Part shown: piece by piece, positions 34,499 to 47,441 of the stretch
Position numbering within the stretch: position 1 is the first letter of the stretch
Layout of the letters: each line of letters opens with the position of its first letter
Assembly (NCBI GenBank): GCA_964016885.1
Contig: OZ024764.1
Location: forward strand, 4,960,001 to 5,024,000
DNA length: 64,000 nt
Direction of reading: 5' to 3'
Origin: Eledone cirrhosa
Lineage: Eukaryota
Program-made: the position numbers and the translations under genes
Notes under the pieces: generated by a model
The model's database searches: none
What the model saw: the letters and a program-made list of their open reading frames with translations, nothing else
Told to the model about the DNA's origin: nothing

Positions 34499-37400
34499 TA
34501 TATATATATATATGCATGGAGGCACATGGCTTAGTGGTTAGAGCATTGGTCATGCAATCGAAAGGTTGTGAGTTCAATTCTCAGACCGGGTGATGTGTTG
34601 GTTCCTTGAGCAAGACACTTTATTTCACATTGCTCCAGTTTACTCAGCTGTAGAAATGAGATGATAGGGACTGGGGTCCCTATCATTCCACTGCAAAGTG
34701 GTCGTGGAGGTGCCACGGCAAAAAAAAGCACCCAGCACTCACTGTAAATGAGGTTGGTGACAGGAAGGGAATACAGCTGTAGAAATCAAGCCAGAATCAG
34801 TTCCCGTCCCGCCCTTGCAAGCAGGGAAAAGTGGACGTAAAATGAAATGATGAAAGAGAGATAGAGAGAAAGAGAGGGAGTGAGAGAGATACATTAAAAC
34901 AATAACAGAAGGTCTGACTGGAGAATTTACTTTAGAATTCCTTCACGGAAATGTCTTATTTATCTGTAACACAAACTTCAAAAAACAAGACAACCACTTA
35001 ATAATCGATAGATCAAGTGAGCCCTCCAGCTAGATAGATTTCCTTGTTACCAGAAGACAGAGTGACTGTTATAAACACAAAGTCCTTCCCTAGTGAAGAA
35101 TGCACCTCCCAACATACCTTAGAATACAACCTGGAAGAAAAGAGTATAGATCAAAATCAAAAGGTCTTAAAGTCAATTTGGTAAAGACTAAAGTTCTAGT
35201 AAGTAGAAAGGAAAACTGGGCCCAGATCTCTTCAGGTAAACTGTCCTGCTCAGTGGGCAGAAAAGGAGTAGGTAGAAATTCCATCCTATGTCCCATATAG
35301 AAATGATGGGTACACAAAAGATGTTGTGGGATCTCAGGAAGGCTAACAAAGAACGTAGCTTCTACATGTGGCCAGTGAACAGGGGCAGGAAATATCAAGA
35401 GCTCTCGAGTTACAATCTCCTTCAAATGCCCAGAAGTCTCTGTAGAGGTGGTAGATAGTTTCTGTTACTTAGGTGACTAAATCAGCAGTGGAGGAGGGTG
35501 GTCCCAAAACTCAGTAACAAGAGTGAGATTAGATTGGAGAAAGTGCAGGGATCTACTACTACTGCTAACTACAAAACATTTTTCCATCAAAATGAAGGGC
35601 AGACTGTATGATGCAGGTATACAAACAACAATGTTGCACAGCAGCGAGACCTGGGCACTGTGTGTAGAAGATCTGTAAAGATTGGAAAGAAATGAAGCCT
35701 CCATGCTTCAATGGATGTGCCATAGTAATATATGCAAATGGCAAAACATAGGTTACCATTGGGTAGGTTACTGTAGGGTAGGGTACCATAGGGTAGGTTA
35801 CTGTATGGTAGGTTACATTTCGTTAGGTTACTGTAGGGTAGGTTACCATAGGGTGGGTTACCATAGGGTAGGTTACTGTAGGGTAGGATACCATAGGGTA
35901 GTTATGTAGGGTAGGTTACCATAGTGTAGGTTACTGTAGGGTAGGTTACCATAGAGTAGGATACTGTAGGGTAGGTTACCATAGGTTAGGTCACTGTAGG
36001 GTAGGTTACCATAGGGTAGGTTATTATAGGGTAGGTTACCATAGGTTAGGTTACTATAGGGTTGGTTGCCATAGGGTATGTTACCATAGGGTAGGTTACT
36101 ATAAGGTAGGTTACCATACCATAGGTTAGGTTACCATATGTTTGTTAAGGTTAGGCTAGGCTGGTTTACTCGGTGAGTTAAAACTCACTTGCGACTGTAG
36201 TGTTTTAGAAGAAGTGTCTTAATCTTTAGTGCGCCACTAAATTTTTTAACTATTTCCCCTGAAACTGCCTTATTTTTTGGGTGTCGTCTTATGAATCGAA
36301 TAGTGTCGTATAGGACTATCTGGCATGTTTTCTATGGCTGGATGCCCTTCCTAACACCAACCACGTTTACAGTGTGGGGACTGGGAGGTTTTCACCATGT
36401 TAACTACACGGCCAATTTACAGCGTGGACTGTGTGTTTTATTGTCATGACACCTACACAACCTCATTTATTTAGGACTGGATGTTGTGTGACCAACATAA
36501 TTTTACAGAGATGGGGGTGGGAGTAGTGGGCTGGGGGCGTATATTTGGTTAAGAGGTGCCTACTGACTGTAGGTTTCGCTTTGTACTTAGGCAAGGGTGG
36601 TCTTCTGTATTACTGCGTAGCGCCAAAGATCTCGGTTCAGTGACATTGTCTTGGAGAGGTGTAAGTGTGTGAGATCGGAATTTATCAATTCGTCCCAGGG
36701 TTTTCTGGGTCTGCCTACTCCGTGGCTACCATTTATTTTGATCGCCCTGCACTTTTTTATACAGCTGTCGTCTTTCTTGCGCATCACGTGACCATACCAA
36801 CGTAGTCTTCTCTCGAGTAAACAACATCTGATCCCTCTTATTCCTAATTTCTCACTTAGTTCATTTATGCTTTGCCGTTCACGTATATTACTATTACACA
36901 TCCAGCAGAGCATGCAAACTTCATTCCTCTACAGTCTGCGTATATCCTCTGCACACAATGCCCAAGTCTCACTGCCATGTAACATTGTTGTTCGTATGCA
37001 GGCATCATACAGCCTGCCTTTCATTTTTAGAGAGAACCCTTTAGCGGCCAATCGTACAATGAAAAGAGCGTCTGTGATACTTTTACCTGACACAAACCCA
37101 AACTGCATTTCATCTAGATCAATTCTCTCTCTGATTAGTTGCGCTATTACTTTTTCTGTGACCCTCATGAACTGGTCAATTAATTTAATGCCTCTATAGT
37201 TTCCCCTATCTAGGGCATCTCCTTTACCCTTGTAGCAGTTAATGATGATGATATATATATAAAAGAAATAGGATTTCGCTTCAAGCATATCTTTATACAA
37301 TATGTATAAATATTTTGTATCTCCAAAGAAATACGGTTTTAGGAAGCCTTAGCTCTGCAAACCCTGGGGGGCTAACGTCCTCTGGTGATGTCCAGCAGAA

Positions 37401-37659
37401 GCAAAGGGGACAACCGTCTATGCATTTCAGGCTTAACTGGCCATCGTCAGGACAGTCCCTCCCACTGCTTGCGACTGCTGGCCAGTTAAGCGTGAAATGC
37501 ATAGATGGTTGTCCCCCTTGCTTCTGCTGGACATCACCAGAGGCCTTGAAACCCTAAGTCCCTTTTGTTCTGTGTATGAACAGAAATAAATAATGTAATA
37601 TATATATATGTATGTGTGTGTATCTATTTATATATTTAACTATATTTTTCTCATTACAG

Positions 37660-37689
37660 GAACACCACTAATTTCTCCAAAACCGTTAC
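37660..37689 (+). CDS. Microexon E8 (class B, 30 nt): NTTNFSKTV(T)
   Basis: Acceptor tttttctcattacAG, donor GTaagt; same 5' end as E2/E4 but 48 nt shorter, in frame. Confidence 0.8.
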
Positions 37690-38550
37690 GTAAGTGTTAC
37701 CTTAACATACTGTCTAACCATTGTTTAATCTGCTCCTCCCTCTACCTCTCCCTTTATACACACACACACATATATACCCCTATATATATATGTATACACA
37801 CACACACACAAATATATACACATATATACATATATATATACACACATATATATACATATATACAAGCGAGACACGGCCTGCTGACCAATCTCGCCTTAAG
37901 TGGGACAAAACCGTCCAACCCATGCTAGCATGGAAGATGGACTTTAAATGATGATGATATATACACACTGACACATATATATATACATATATATATACGC
38001 ATATATTTATACATATATATATATACACATATATATACGCATATATTTATATATATATATGAGTTCAAGTCCGCCGAGGTTAACTTTGCCTTTCATCTTT
38101 ACGAGGTCGATAAAATAAAGTACCAGTGGTGTACTGGGGTAATCGCTGGCCTTGTGCCAAAAGTAGAAACTATAATTATATATATATAACCAAAGATTAA
38201 TATAGTTCGTTGATTACTCAACGAATACAGTTGTACAATAGATTAGAAGAACTCAACAGTGAAAGTTTTCCTGGACTTTTTAATATTAACAAATGAAAAA
38301 TATTCTCATAATCAAAATATATACTTTATTATATACATTTCAAAGGTATATGACATACCTCTACGGTCTTGATTCTTCAATTCCAGTATTGCAGTCACTG
38401 CCAATACTGGAATTGAAGAATCAAGACCGTAGCGCTATGTCATAATCATATATTTTGTCTGATGAGGACGTACTGAAAAAACAACAATATATATAATAAA
38501 GTATATATTTTGATTATGCGAATATTTTTCATTTGTTAACATTTTGAATA

Positions 38551-38582
<32 letters not shown>

Positions 38583-38652
38583 GTATAGGTAAAATTAATA
38601 ATGAAAGAGTTGCAAGCCTTTAAAACATATCTTTATAAAGCTCTTACATATG

Positions 38653-38700
<48 letters not shown>

Positions 38701-40387
38701 TCATTATCATTTTATGTCCGCTTTTCCCTGCTTGCAAGGGTTGGGCTCTCACCACCACTGGCCATGTTTTTCGTGGTCTTCCTTTTACTGGGATTTTTTA
38801 GCACCTCTTTACCCAGCAGTCATCCTCGATGCGCATCACTTGTCCATACCATCTCAGTCTTCTCTCCTGCACACCACAACTCATCCCCAGTTTCTCTCTC
38901 AACTCATCTATGGTCTTGTCGTTCACGCACATTGACACACACACACACACACACACATATATATTAATTCTATTGACTGATTAATAGCTCTTGTTAATTT
39001 TAAAACCATTCTGTTGAGAGCTTAATTCGTTCTGTGATATTTTGCAATTTTGCAATAACACACATACTGAATTCATCCGCCAAAACTAAGGGTTGCTCCC
39101 CCTCCCCCCTTGTCAAGCCCCACGTGGGTTTTGATAACGGTCAGTCCTTGGCTTGGCACTGAACTAAAAGCCTGTTGAGAAAGTGACTTCCTTGTTCGAT
39201 CATCATACCAAAAGCTTAACATTATTTGTCTAAGTAGACAGTACTTGATTTAGGAGTTGCAGAAACCCAATACTGGATATTACCAACCTTCCAGGGGTCC
39301 GGGTATAATTTTCCATCATATTTTATTTGTTTTACTCGAATTACTTGGTCGTGTCTATGGCTGTGCGGATAATTGTTTAACCATCGTCTCAGTGTGTTTG
39401 GCCTTTTAACTTATGTTGTTGCTCTAGTTCACTAGCTTCTATGGAGCGCCTGCCACACATCTCGGAAGTTGTTTTTCGTTAATTTCCAATAGCAGAAATG
39501 CAATTCTCGCTAATTTATATATATATATATATATATATATACACGTATAAGGGATAACAAAATATCGTTATAGGTAATCCAGGTAGAAGTTGTGAATACT
39601 CTGTATTGTGGTTAGTCTTAGTCTACGGCGTTGTTTGACTCAACAAGAGGTTTCCGTAGGTGGCAAGTATTTGAGTTCTCTTGAATTTCTATGTAAGTTT
39701 ATCTTGGAGTAATAATATTGAAAGCGTGAAGAATAACATGGTCAACAGTACAAAAGAAGGTTTTTATTTACAGTAGTAACAATTGTTTCACTGATTAAGT
39801 TGTCTAAAAATCGCTGAAAACTTAAAGCTGTGCCACTCAATCTACTATATATATTGGAAGTGGTCGGACGTTGTATATTTAAGTAAATAAGTAGGTGTAG
39901 TCGGATAAACGTCGAAACGGCTTGGTAGAATGCAGCGAAAATTTACACAGTTATGCAGAATTGTAGCAGTTAATGATGATATATATGTAAAAGAAATAGG
40001 ATTTCGCTTCAAGCATATCTTTATACAATATGTATAAATATTTTGTATCTCCAAAGAAATACGGTTTTAGGAAGCCTTAGCTCTGCAAACCCTGGGGGGC
40101 TAACGTCCTCTGGTGATGTCCAGCAGAAGCAAGGGGGACAACCGTCTATGCATTTCAGGCTTAACTGACCATCGTCTGGACAGTCCCTCCCACTGCTTGC
40201 GACTGCTGGCCAGTTAAGCGTGAAATGCATAGACGGTTGTCCCCCTTGCTTCTGCTGGACATCACCAGAGGCCTTGAAACCCTAAGTCCCTTTTGCTCTG
40301 TGTATGAACAGAAATAAATAATGTAATATATATATATGTATGTGTGTGTATCTATTTATATATTTAACTATTTTTTTCTCATTACAG

Positions 40388-40417
40388 TCCCACCACCACT
40401 ACAACCATGACATTTAT
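40388..40417 (+). CDS. Microexon E9 (class B, 30 nt): PTTTTTMTF(I)
   Basis: Acceptor tttttttctcattacAG, donor GTaagt; flanks near-identical to those of E5 while the exon body is largely different. Confidence 0.8.
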
Positions 40418-41458
40418 GTAAGTGTTACCTTAACAAACTGTCTAACCATTGTTTAATCTGCTCCTCCCTCTACCTCTCCCTTTATACACACACACACACA
40501 TATATACCCCTATATATATATGTATACACACACACACACAAATATATACACATATATACATATATATATACACACATATATATACATATATACAAGCGAG
40601 ACACGGCCTGCTGACCAATCTCGTCTTAAGTGGGACAAAACCGTCCAACCCATGCTAGCATGGAAGATGGACTTTAAATGATGATGATATATATACACTG
40701 ACACATATATATACATATATATATACACATATATATACGCATATATCTATATATATATATATGAGTTCAAGTCCGCCGAGGTTAACTTTGCCTTTCATCT
40801 TTACGAGGTCGATAAAATAAAGTACCAGTGGTGCACTGGGGTAATCGCTGGCCTTGTGCCAAAAGTAGAAACTATATTTATATATATATAACCAAAGATT
40901 AATATGGTTCGTTGATTACTCAACGAATACAGTTTTACAATAGATTAGAAGCACTCAACAGTGAAATTTTCCTGGAGTTTTTAATATTATTCAAAATATT
41001 AACAAATGAAAAATATTCTCATAATCAAAATATATACTTTATTATATATATTTCAAAGGTATATGACATACCTCTACGGTCTTGATTATTCAATTCCACT
41101 ATTGGCAGTGACTATATATTTATAGGCAAAATGAATAATGAAAGAGTTGCAAGCCGTTAAAACATATCTTTATAAAGTTCTTACATATGTTATATATATA
41201 TATATCATCATCATCATTATATGTCCGCTTTTCCCTGCTTGCAAGGGTAGGGCTCTCGCCACCACCGGCCATGTTTTTTGTGGTCTTCCTCTACTGCGTC
41301 TTCCTTCTACTGGGATTTTTTAGCACCTCTTTACCCAGCAGTCATCCTCGATGCACATCACTTGTCTATACCATCTCAGTCTTCTCTCCTGCACATCACA
41401 ACTTATCCCCAGTTTCTCTCTCAACTCATCTATGCTCTTGTCGTTCACGCACATACAC

Positions 41459-41491
<33 letters not shown>

Positions 41492-41717
41492 TATAAGGGA
41501 TAACAAAATATCGTTATAGGTAATCCAGGTAGAGGTTGTGAATACTCTGTATTGTGATTAGTCTTAGTCTACGGCGTTGTTTGACTCAACAAGAGGTTTC
41601 CGTAGGTGGCAAGTATTTGAGTTCTCTTGAATTCCTATGTAAGTTTATCTTGGAGTAATAATATTGAAAGCGTGAAGAATAACATGGTCAACAGTACAAA
41701 AAAAGGTTTTTATTTAC

Positions 41718-41823
41718 AGTATTAACAATTGTTTCACTGATTAAGTTGTCTAAAAATTGCTGAACACTTGAAGCTGTGCCACTCAATTTTAAATATGTTG
41801 TTAGCTTAACCAGATCATCAGAA

Positions 41824-41827
<4 letters not shown>
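41718..41827 (-). ncRNA. Candidate degenerate type I hammerhead ribozyme (Penelope-like-element style)
   Basis: Minus strand: UAUU-CUGAUGA-U-CUGGUUAAG...CUUAAUCAG-U-GAAAC-AAUU-GUU-AAUA; stems I and II pair, stem III is palindromic (ACAAUUGU); the core 10.1-11.1 pair is a U-U mismatch. Confidence 0.5.
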
Positions 41828-41870
<43 letters not shown>

Positions 41871-42223
41871 TACAAATTATGTCCATAGAACCATTTGATA
41901 AGATATATACACCATTTCCTCTCCCAATTAGCATAATCAACCACACAAAAAATCAATTAGACCAGGCTATAAGATTAAAAGGCACCTATGATAAAATAGT
42001 AGATAAATAAACGACAGCATTTCAATAGCATGTGGAAATCAATTAAATATATCGTCAACCATACACAATTAGGTATAAAATTAAAGTTAGAAGAAAAAAT
42101 GCATATACACATACCAGGATTACGTTTCTACGCTTTAGGGTTTCGTTCGCATTTGGAAATATACTATCAAGGATAAATTCGATATAAATTCTATAAATTT
42201 ATCAAGGATAAATTTATAGTATA

Positions 42224-43043
42224 CTAGCAGTAAAGCCCGGCGTTGCTCGGGGTCGCTCAGTAGCTGTGTTAAAGTTACAATGTTAAGTTTCTTTTTTGGC
42301 TTAAAAACTGTAGTGTCTACTGTGCAGACTTGCATGTGGTGTTTTTGATTAATATTCCCTCAACCAACAATATGCCTTATGAAGTTAAGAAAACATAACG
42401 ATAACCCAAATGTTATAACAAAAGAGGATGCTGGGGATAAAAACTGCACTGGTTATTTATTAACAAAGATCGAAAATGTAAACACTGCAACGCAGAGAAA
42501 AACATTAGCGTAACCAAATTATCAGTTATGTCTGTCTGCACGCCTATATCACCTCTCTGCACGACTGTCTGTCTGCACGCCTGAAATATTTGCTTGTTTT
42601 ACGTAGTCTTTAAATAGACTTGTTTTCAAGTAAAAATATTGTTTTAAAATGCTTTTAAATGGAAATGAAGCAAAACGGAAGCTTAGTGTTCGAACTGATG
42701 AATTTTGCAGGTCAATATTTTGCTGGCTCGACAACTGTTCGTGTATTGTATTGTGTTAATGTCATTTTAAACGCTGAGAAAGCCAGCGTAATTTTTTACG
42801 TAAGACGCTCAATGTAAACAGAACAAAGGGAAATAACTGATAACTTACGCTCAAAAATCGATACATTATATTCGATTTCGTCACATAGGGTGGGTCAATT
42901 TGAAATTTTTTTTTTCCCATGTCTTCGCTAGGGCTCAATGTACAAGTATAGCAATTTCGGTGCAATTCCGTGAGAGATTCTAAGAGGAGATGTGTGCCAA
43001 AAATCGATAGACAGACAGACAACCACAGTTTTATATATATAGA
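42224..43043 (-). mobile_element. Non-autonomous Helitron
   Basis: Minus strand starts TCTATATATATAAAAC..(GTCT)n and ends with hairpin CCCGAGCAACGCCGGG then CTAG; inserted between A and T with no TSD. Confidence 0.85.
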
Positions 43044-43149
43044 TTGCTCTGATTATTTAATTTATTAATTCATCATTGAGCCACATCGTGAATGGTTGCC
43101 AAAAACATATATATCTATGACTTTGTCTAGTTTGTGTATATGTAAATCT

Positions 43150-43250
43150 TTATATTGATTGTTCCTTATGTAGCACAGCCTTTCAGATTCCATCTTTGCG
43201 CACAAGTCTACAGCAAGCTGGTTGAAGAGTACTCTTGCACGGTGGAACAG
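43150..43250 (-). pseudogene. Helitron Rep-helicase coding fragment
   Basis: LFNQLAVDLCAKMESERLCYIRNNQ matches the Helitron Rep motif LFxQFxVDxYxKIExERLxYIRxNQ. Confidence 0.75.
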
Positions 43251-44725
43251 CAACGTAGTAAGTAAGGCAATCAAAGATATGAAGATGGGGAAGGCAACCG
43301 GTCCATCGGGTATAGCTGCCGAGATGCTGAAGGCATCTGGGTCTGTAGGTCACACTATAACCACACGTATTGTTAACCAGGTAATACTAGAAGGTGTCAT
43401 ACCAAAAGATTGGTGCAGTAGCATCATTGTCAACTGCTACAAAAGTAAAGGTGATGCACTAGATAGAGGAAACTATAGAGGTATAAAGCTGATGGACCAG
43501 GTCATGAAAGTAACAGAAAGAGTTATAGCACAGTTGAAGAGGCACCACTGATGCCCTCTTCCTTGTCAGGCAGTTACAGGAAAAGTACCTAGCTAAAAGT
43601 AAGCCACTCTACCTGGCATTTGTCGACCTTGAGAAAGCCTTTGACAGAGTTCCACGTGCTGTAATCTGGTGGGCTCTTAGAAAACTAGGAGTAGATGAAT
43701 AGCTTGTGAAAGTGGTACAAGCCATGTATAGGGGAGCAGTCAGCAAAGTTAGGATTAGCAATGAGTATAGCGAGGAATTTAGCGTACAGGTTGGGGTCCA
43801 TCAGGGTTCTGTTCTTAGCCCCCTCCTGTTCATCATTGTCCTGCAGGCAATAACGGAGGACTTTAAGACCGGATGCCCATGGGAACTCCTGTATGCTGAT
43901 GACCTCGCACTTATAGCTGAATCTATGGTAGAACTAGAGAAGAAATTCCAAACTTGGAAGCAGGGACTAGAAAGAAAGGGTCTCAAAGTCAACATGACAA
44001 AGACTAAGGTCCTTGTAAGTAGACGAGAAAACAGAACCCAGATCCCCTCAGGGAAATGTCCTTGCTCAGTATGTAGGAAACGTGTAGGTAGGAACTCCAT
44101 TCTCTGCCCCAAATGCAAACAATGAGTACACAAGAGATGTAGCGGGATCTCAGGAAGCTTAATTAAGAATGTAGGCTTCACATGCAGCAGCTGTGCTTGG
44201 ACAGCAAGCAGCAAACAGCCACAGGAAACAAGTACCACCAATCTCTGGGAGGGCTCTGGAGAAACAGTAGACAGCTTCTGCTACCTAGGTGACCGAATTA
44301 GCAGCGGAGGTGGGTGTTCAGAAAGTACAATAAATAGGGTAAGAATGGGATGGAAGAAGTTTAGGGAACTACTACCACTGCTAGCTGCAAAAGGCTTCTC
44401 CCTCAAAATGAAAGGCAGACTGTATGATGCGTGTATCCGAACAGCGATGTTGCATGGTAGTGAGACCTGGGCGCTGAAGGTGGAAGACTTACGTAGATTA
44501 GAGAGAAACGAAGCCTGCATGCTCCGATGGATGTGTAACAGTAATATACGCGAACGACAAAGCATAAATGAATTGAGAGACTGAGCATAAGAGGAATCAA
44601 ATGCTGTGTGCAGGAGAGGCGGTTGCGCTGGTATGGACATGTGATGCGTATGAAGGATGACAGCTGCATAAAAAGGTGCAGAGCACTAGAAGTCGATGGA
44701 AACCGCGGAGTGGGGAGACCCAAGA
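43250..44725 (+). mobile_element. RTE-clade LINE reverse transcriptase region (pseudogenised; most complete copy in the window)
   Basis: KATGPSGI, NYRGIKL, FVDLEKAFDRV, GVHQGSVLSPLLF, LYADD, FCYLG and RLRWYGHV motifs; internal deletion, stops and frameshifts. Confidence 0.93.
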
Positions 44726-46541
44726 TGAGGAGAGAAAGAGTGTGAGAGAGAGAGAGTGAGAGAAAGAGAGAAATAGAGGGATTGAGAGAGATACATTAAA
44801 ACAATAACAGAAGGTCTGACTGGAGAATTTACTTTAGAATTTTAAGAGAAAAGAGGAAGCTTTCAGACTTCTGGAATTCCTTCACGAAAATGTCCTATAT
44901 ATCTGGAACACAAACTTCAAAAAATGAGACAACTACTTAATAACCTATAGATCATGTGAGCCCACCAGCTAGATAGATTTCATTGTTACCAGAAGACAGA
45001 GTGACTGTTATAAACACAATGTCCCTCTTTAGTGAAGAATGCACCTCCCAAAATACCTTAGAAGACAACCTGGAAGAAAAGAGTAGAGATCAAAATCAAA
45101 AGGTCTTAAAGTCAATTTGGTAAAGACTAAAGTTCTAGTAAGTAGAAAGGAAAACTGGGCCCAGATCTCTTCAGGTAAACTGTCCTGCTCAGTGTGCAGA
45201 AAAGGAGTAGGTAGAAATTCCCATCCTATGTCCCATATAGAAATGATGGGTACACAAAAGATGTTGTGGGATCTCAGGGAGGCTAACAAAGAACGTAGCT
45301 TCTACATGTGGCCAATGAACAGGAGCAGTAAATAACAAGAACTCTCAGGTTACAATCTCCTTCAAATACCCAGAAGTCTCTGTAGAGGTGGTAGATAGTT
45401 TCTGTTACCTAGGTGACTAAATCAGCAGTGGAGTAGGGTGGTCCAAAAATTCAGTAACCAGAGTGAGATTAGATTGGAGAAAGTGCAGGGATCTACTACT
45501 ACTGCAAACTACAAAACATTTTTCCATCAAAATGAAGGGCAGACTGTATGATGCACAGCAGCGAGACCTGGGCACTGTGTGTAGATCTGTAAAGATTGGA
45601 AAGAAATGAAGCCTCCATGCTTCAATGGATGTGCCATAGTAATATATGCAAATGGCAAAACATAAATGTACTGTGAGAGAAATTAGGCATAAGAGGGATT
45701 AGATGCAGTGTGCAGGAGAGGGATTGTTTTGGTATAGACATGTGATGTGTATGAAGGGTGACAGCTGTATAAAAAGGTGCCGAACAAACAAAGTTGACAG
45801 AAACCGTGGAGTGGGCAGGTCTAGGAAGACTTGGGATGAGGTAAGGAAAGCTGACTTTGTACAATTACACCTAGCTAAGGCAATGACACAGGAGGGTGAC
45901 CTCTGGCGCTATGCACAATTATAGAGGACTACATCCACAATCCACCAGACATTTTCCCTACAAACACCCCACACAAGTTCCCAAACCTCACCATAAAGTG
46001 GTCCCGCTGCAGCCATGACAAACGTGTCCAGTCCACACTGTACAGTGGTCTTGTAGGTGTCCTGCCAAAAATCAATATTGGGCCTTAAAACCTTGAGTCC
46101 CTTTTGTTCTGTGTATGAACATAAATAATTGTTTCTACTTTTGGCACAAGGCCAGCAATTATCCAGTGCATTACTGGTACTTTATTTTATCGACCCCGTA
46201 AGGATGAAAGGCAAAGTTAACCTCGGCGGGATTTGAACTCAGATCATACAGGGAGGTAACTATGCTTCAAAGCATGGCGTCCAACCCTCTACCGATACTG
46301 CCAATCCACCGCCTGAACATAAATAAATAATTGTTTCTACTTTAGGCACAAGGCCAGCAATTACCTAGTACATTACTGGTACTTTATTTTATCGACCCCG
46401 TAGGATGAAAGGCAAAGTCAACCTCGGAGGGATTTGAACTCAGATCGGAAAGGGACGTAACTAAATAAATAATGTAATATATATATATGTATTTGCGTGT
46501 GTATCTATTTATATATTTAACTATATTTTTTGTAATCACAG

Positions 46542-46583
46542 TGCAGATACAAAGGAGAGTACCGCTCTAGAAAAGAATGAGGA
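46542..46583 (+). CDS. Microexon E10 (class A1 variant, 42 nt): ADTKESTALEKNE(E)
   Basis: Acceptor ttttttgtaatcacAG, donor GTaagt. Confidence 0.8.
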
Positions 46584-46647
46584 GTAAGTTTTAGTTTTAC
46601 ATACTATCCAACCATTATTCTATCTGTTCCTTCCCGTCTCTCTCTCT

Positions 46648-46723
<76 letters not shown>

Positions 46724-47441
46724 AGGTGTATTATTGGTTGTGTAAAACGGTCCAATAAATTTTTGTTAGCTTTTGTATATCTCCAATTCCATTCAAGGGA
46801 ACAGCTAGATGATGTAAAACGGAGTATTTGTATCAAAATGAAAATCCAAAGGCAAGGTAAAATTTCCAATCATTTTAATCTCGCCGTGATTAAAATGATT
46901 GCAAATCTTACCTTGCCTTTGGATTTTCATTTTGATATATATATATATATGTATATATATGACTCTGTCTCTTATAAACCACGTTGGCTATTATGACACT
47001 CTCTCCAACATAGAGAGCTATGTTGGCTAATATGACTCTCTCTCTCTCTCTCTCCCTCTCTATGTTGGCTATTATGACTCTCTCTCTGTCCCACTCTATG
47101 TTGGCTAATATGACGCTCTCTCTCTCTCTATGTTGGCTATTATGACTCTCTCTCTCTCTATGTTGGCTATTATGTCTCTCTCTCTCTCTATGTTGGCTAT
47201 TATGTCTCTCTCTCTCTATCTATGTGGGCTATTATGTCTCTCTCTGTTCAAGGTTTATGAAGTTAGTTGAACATCTTCAAAGTCCTCCCATATTCGCCTT
47301 GTCTAATATGCGTTCTTGTACCTGATTATTTCCCCCAAATCTCCTGGGATGTTATAAGCCATGATGGCTACCTATCTCACAATTTCTCTCCTGCCCACCC
47401 CCTCATACCACCATAGTCTATTCGACCAATCAAACCTCAGA

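Noticed and set aside
41880-42200. Possible Penelope RT remnant (minus-strand VDDIF near 42045-42060)
   Set aside because: Only a five-residue match with no continuous frame; needs a profile search to support it
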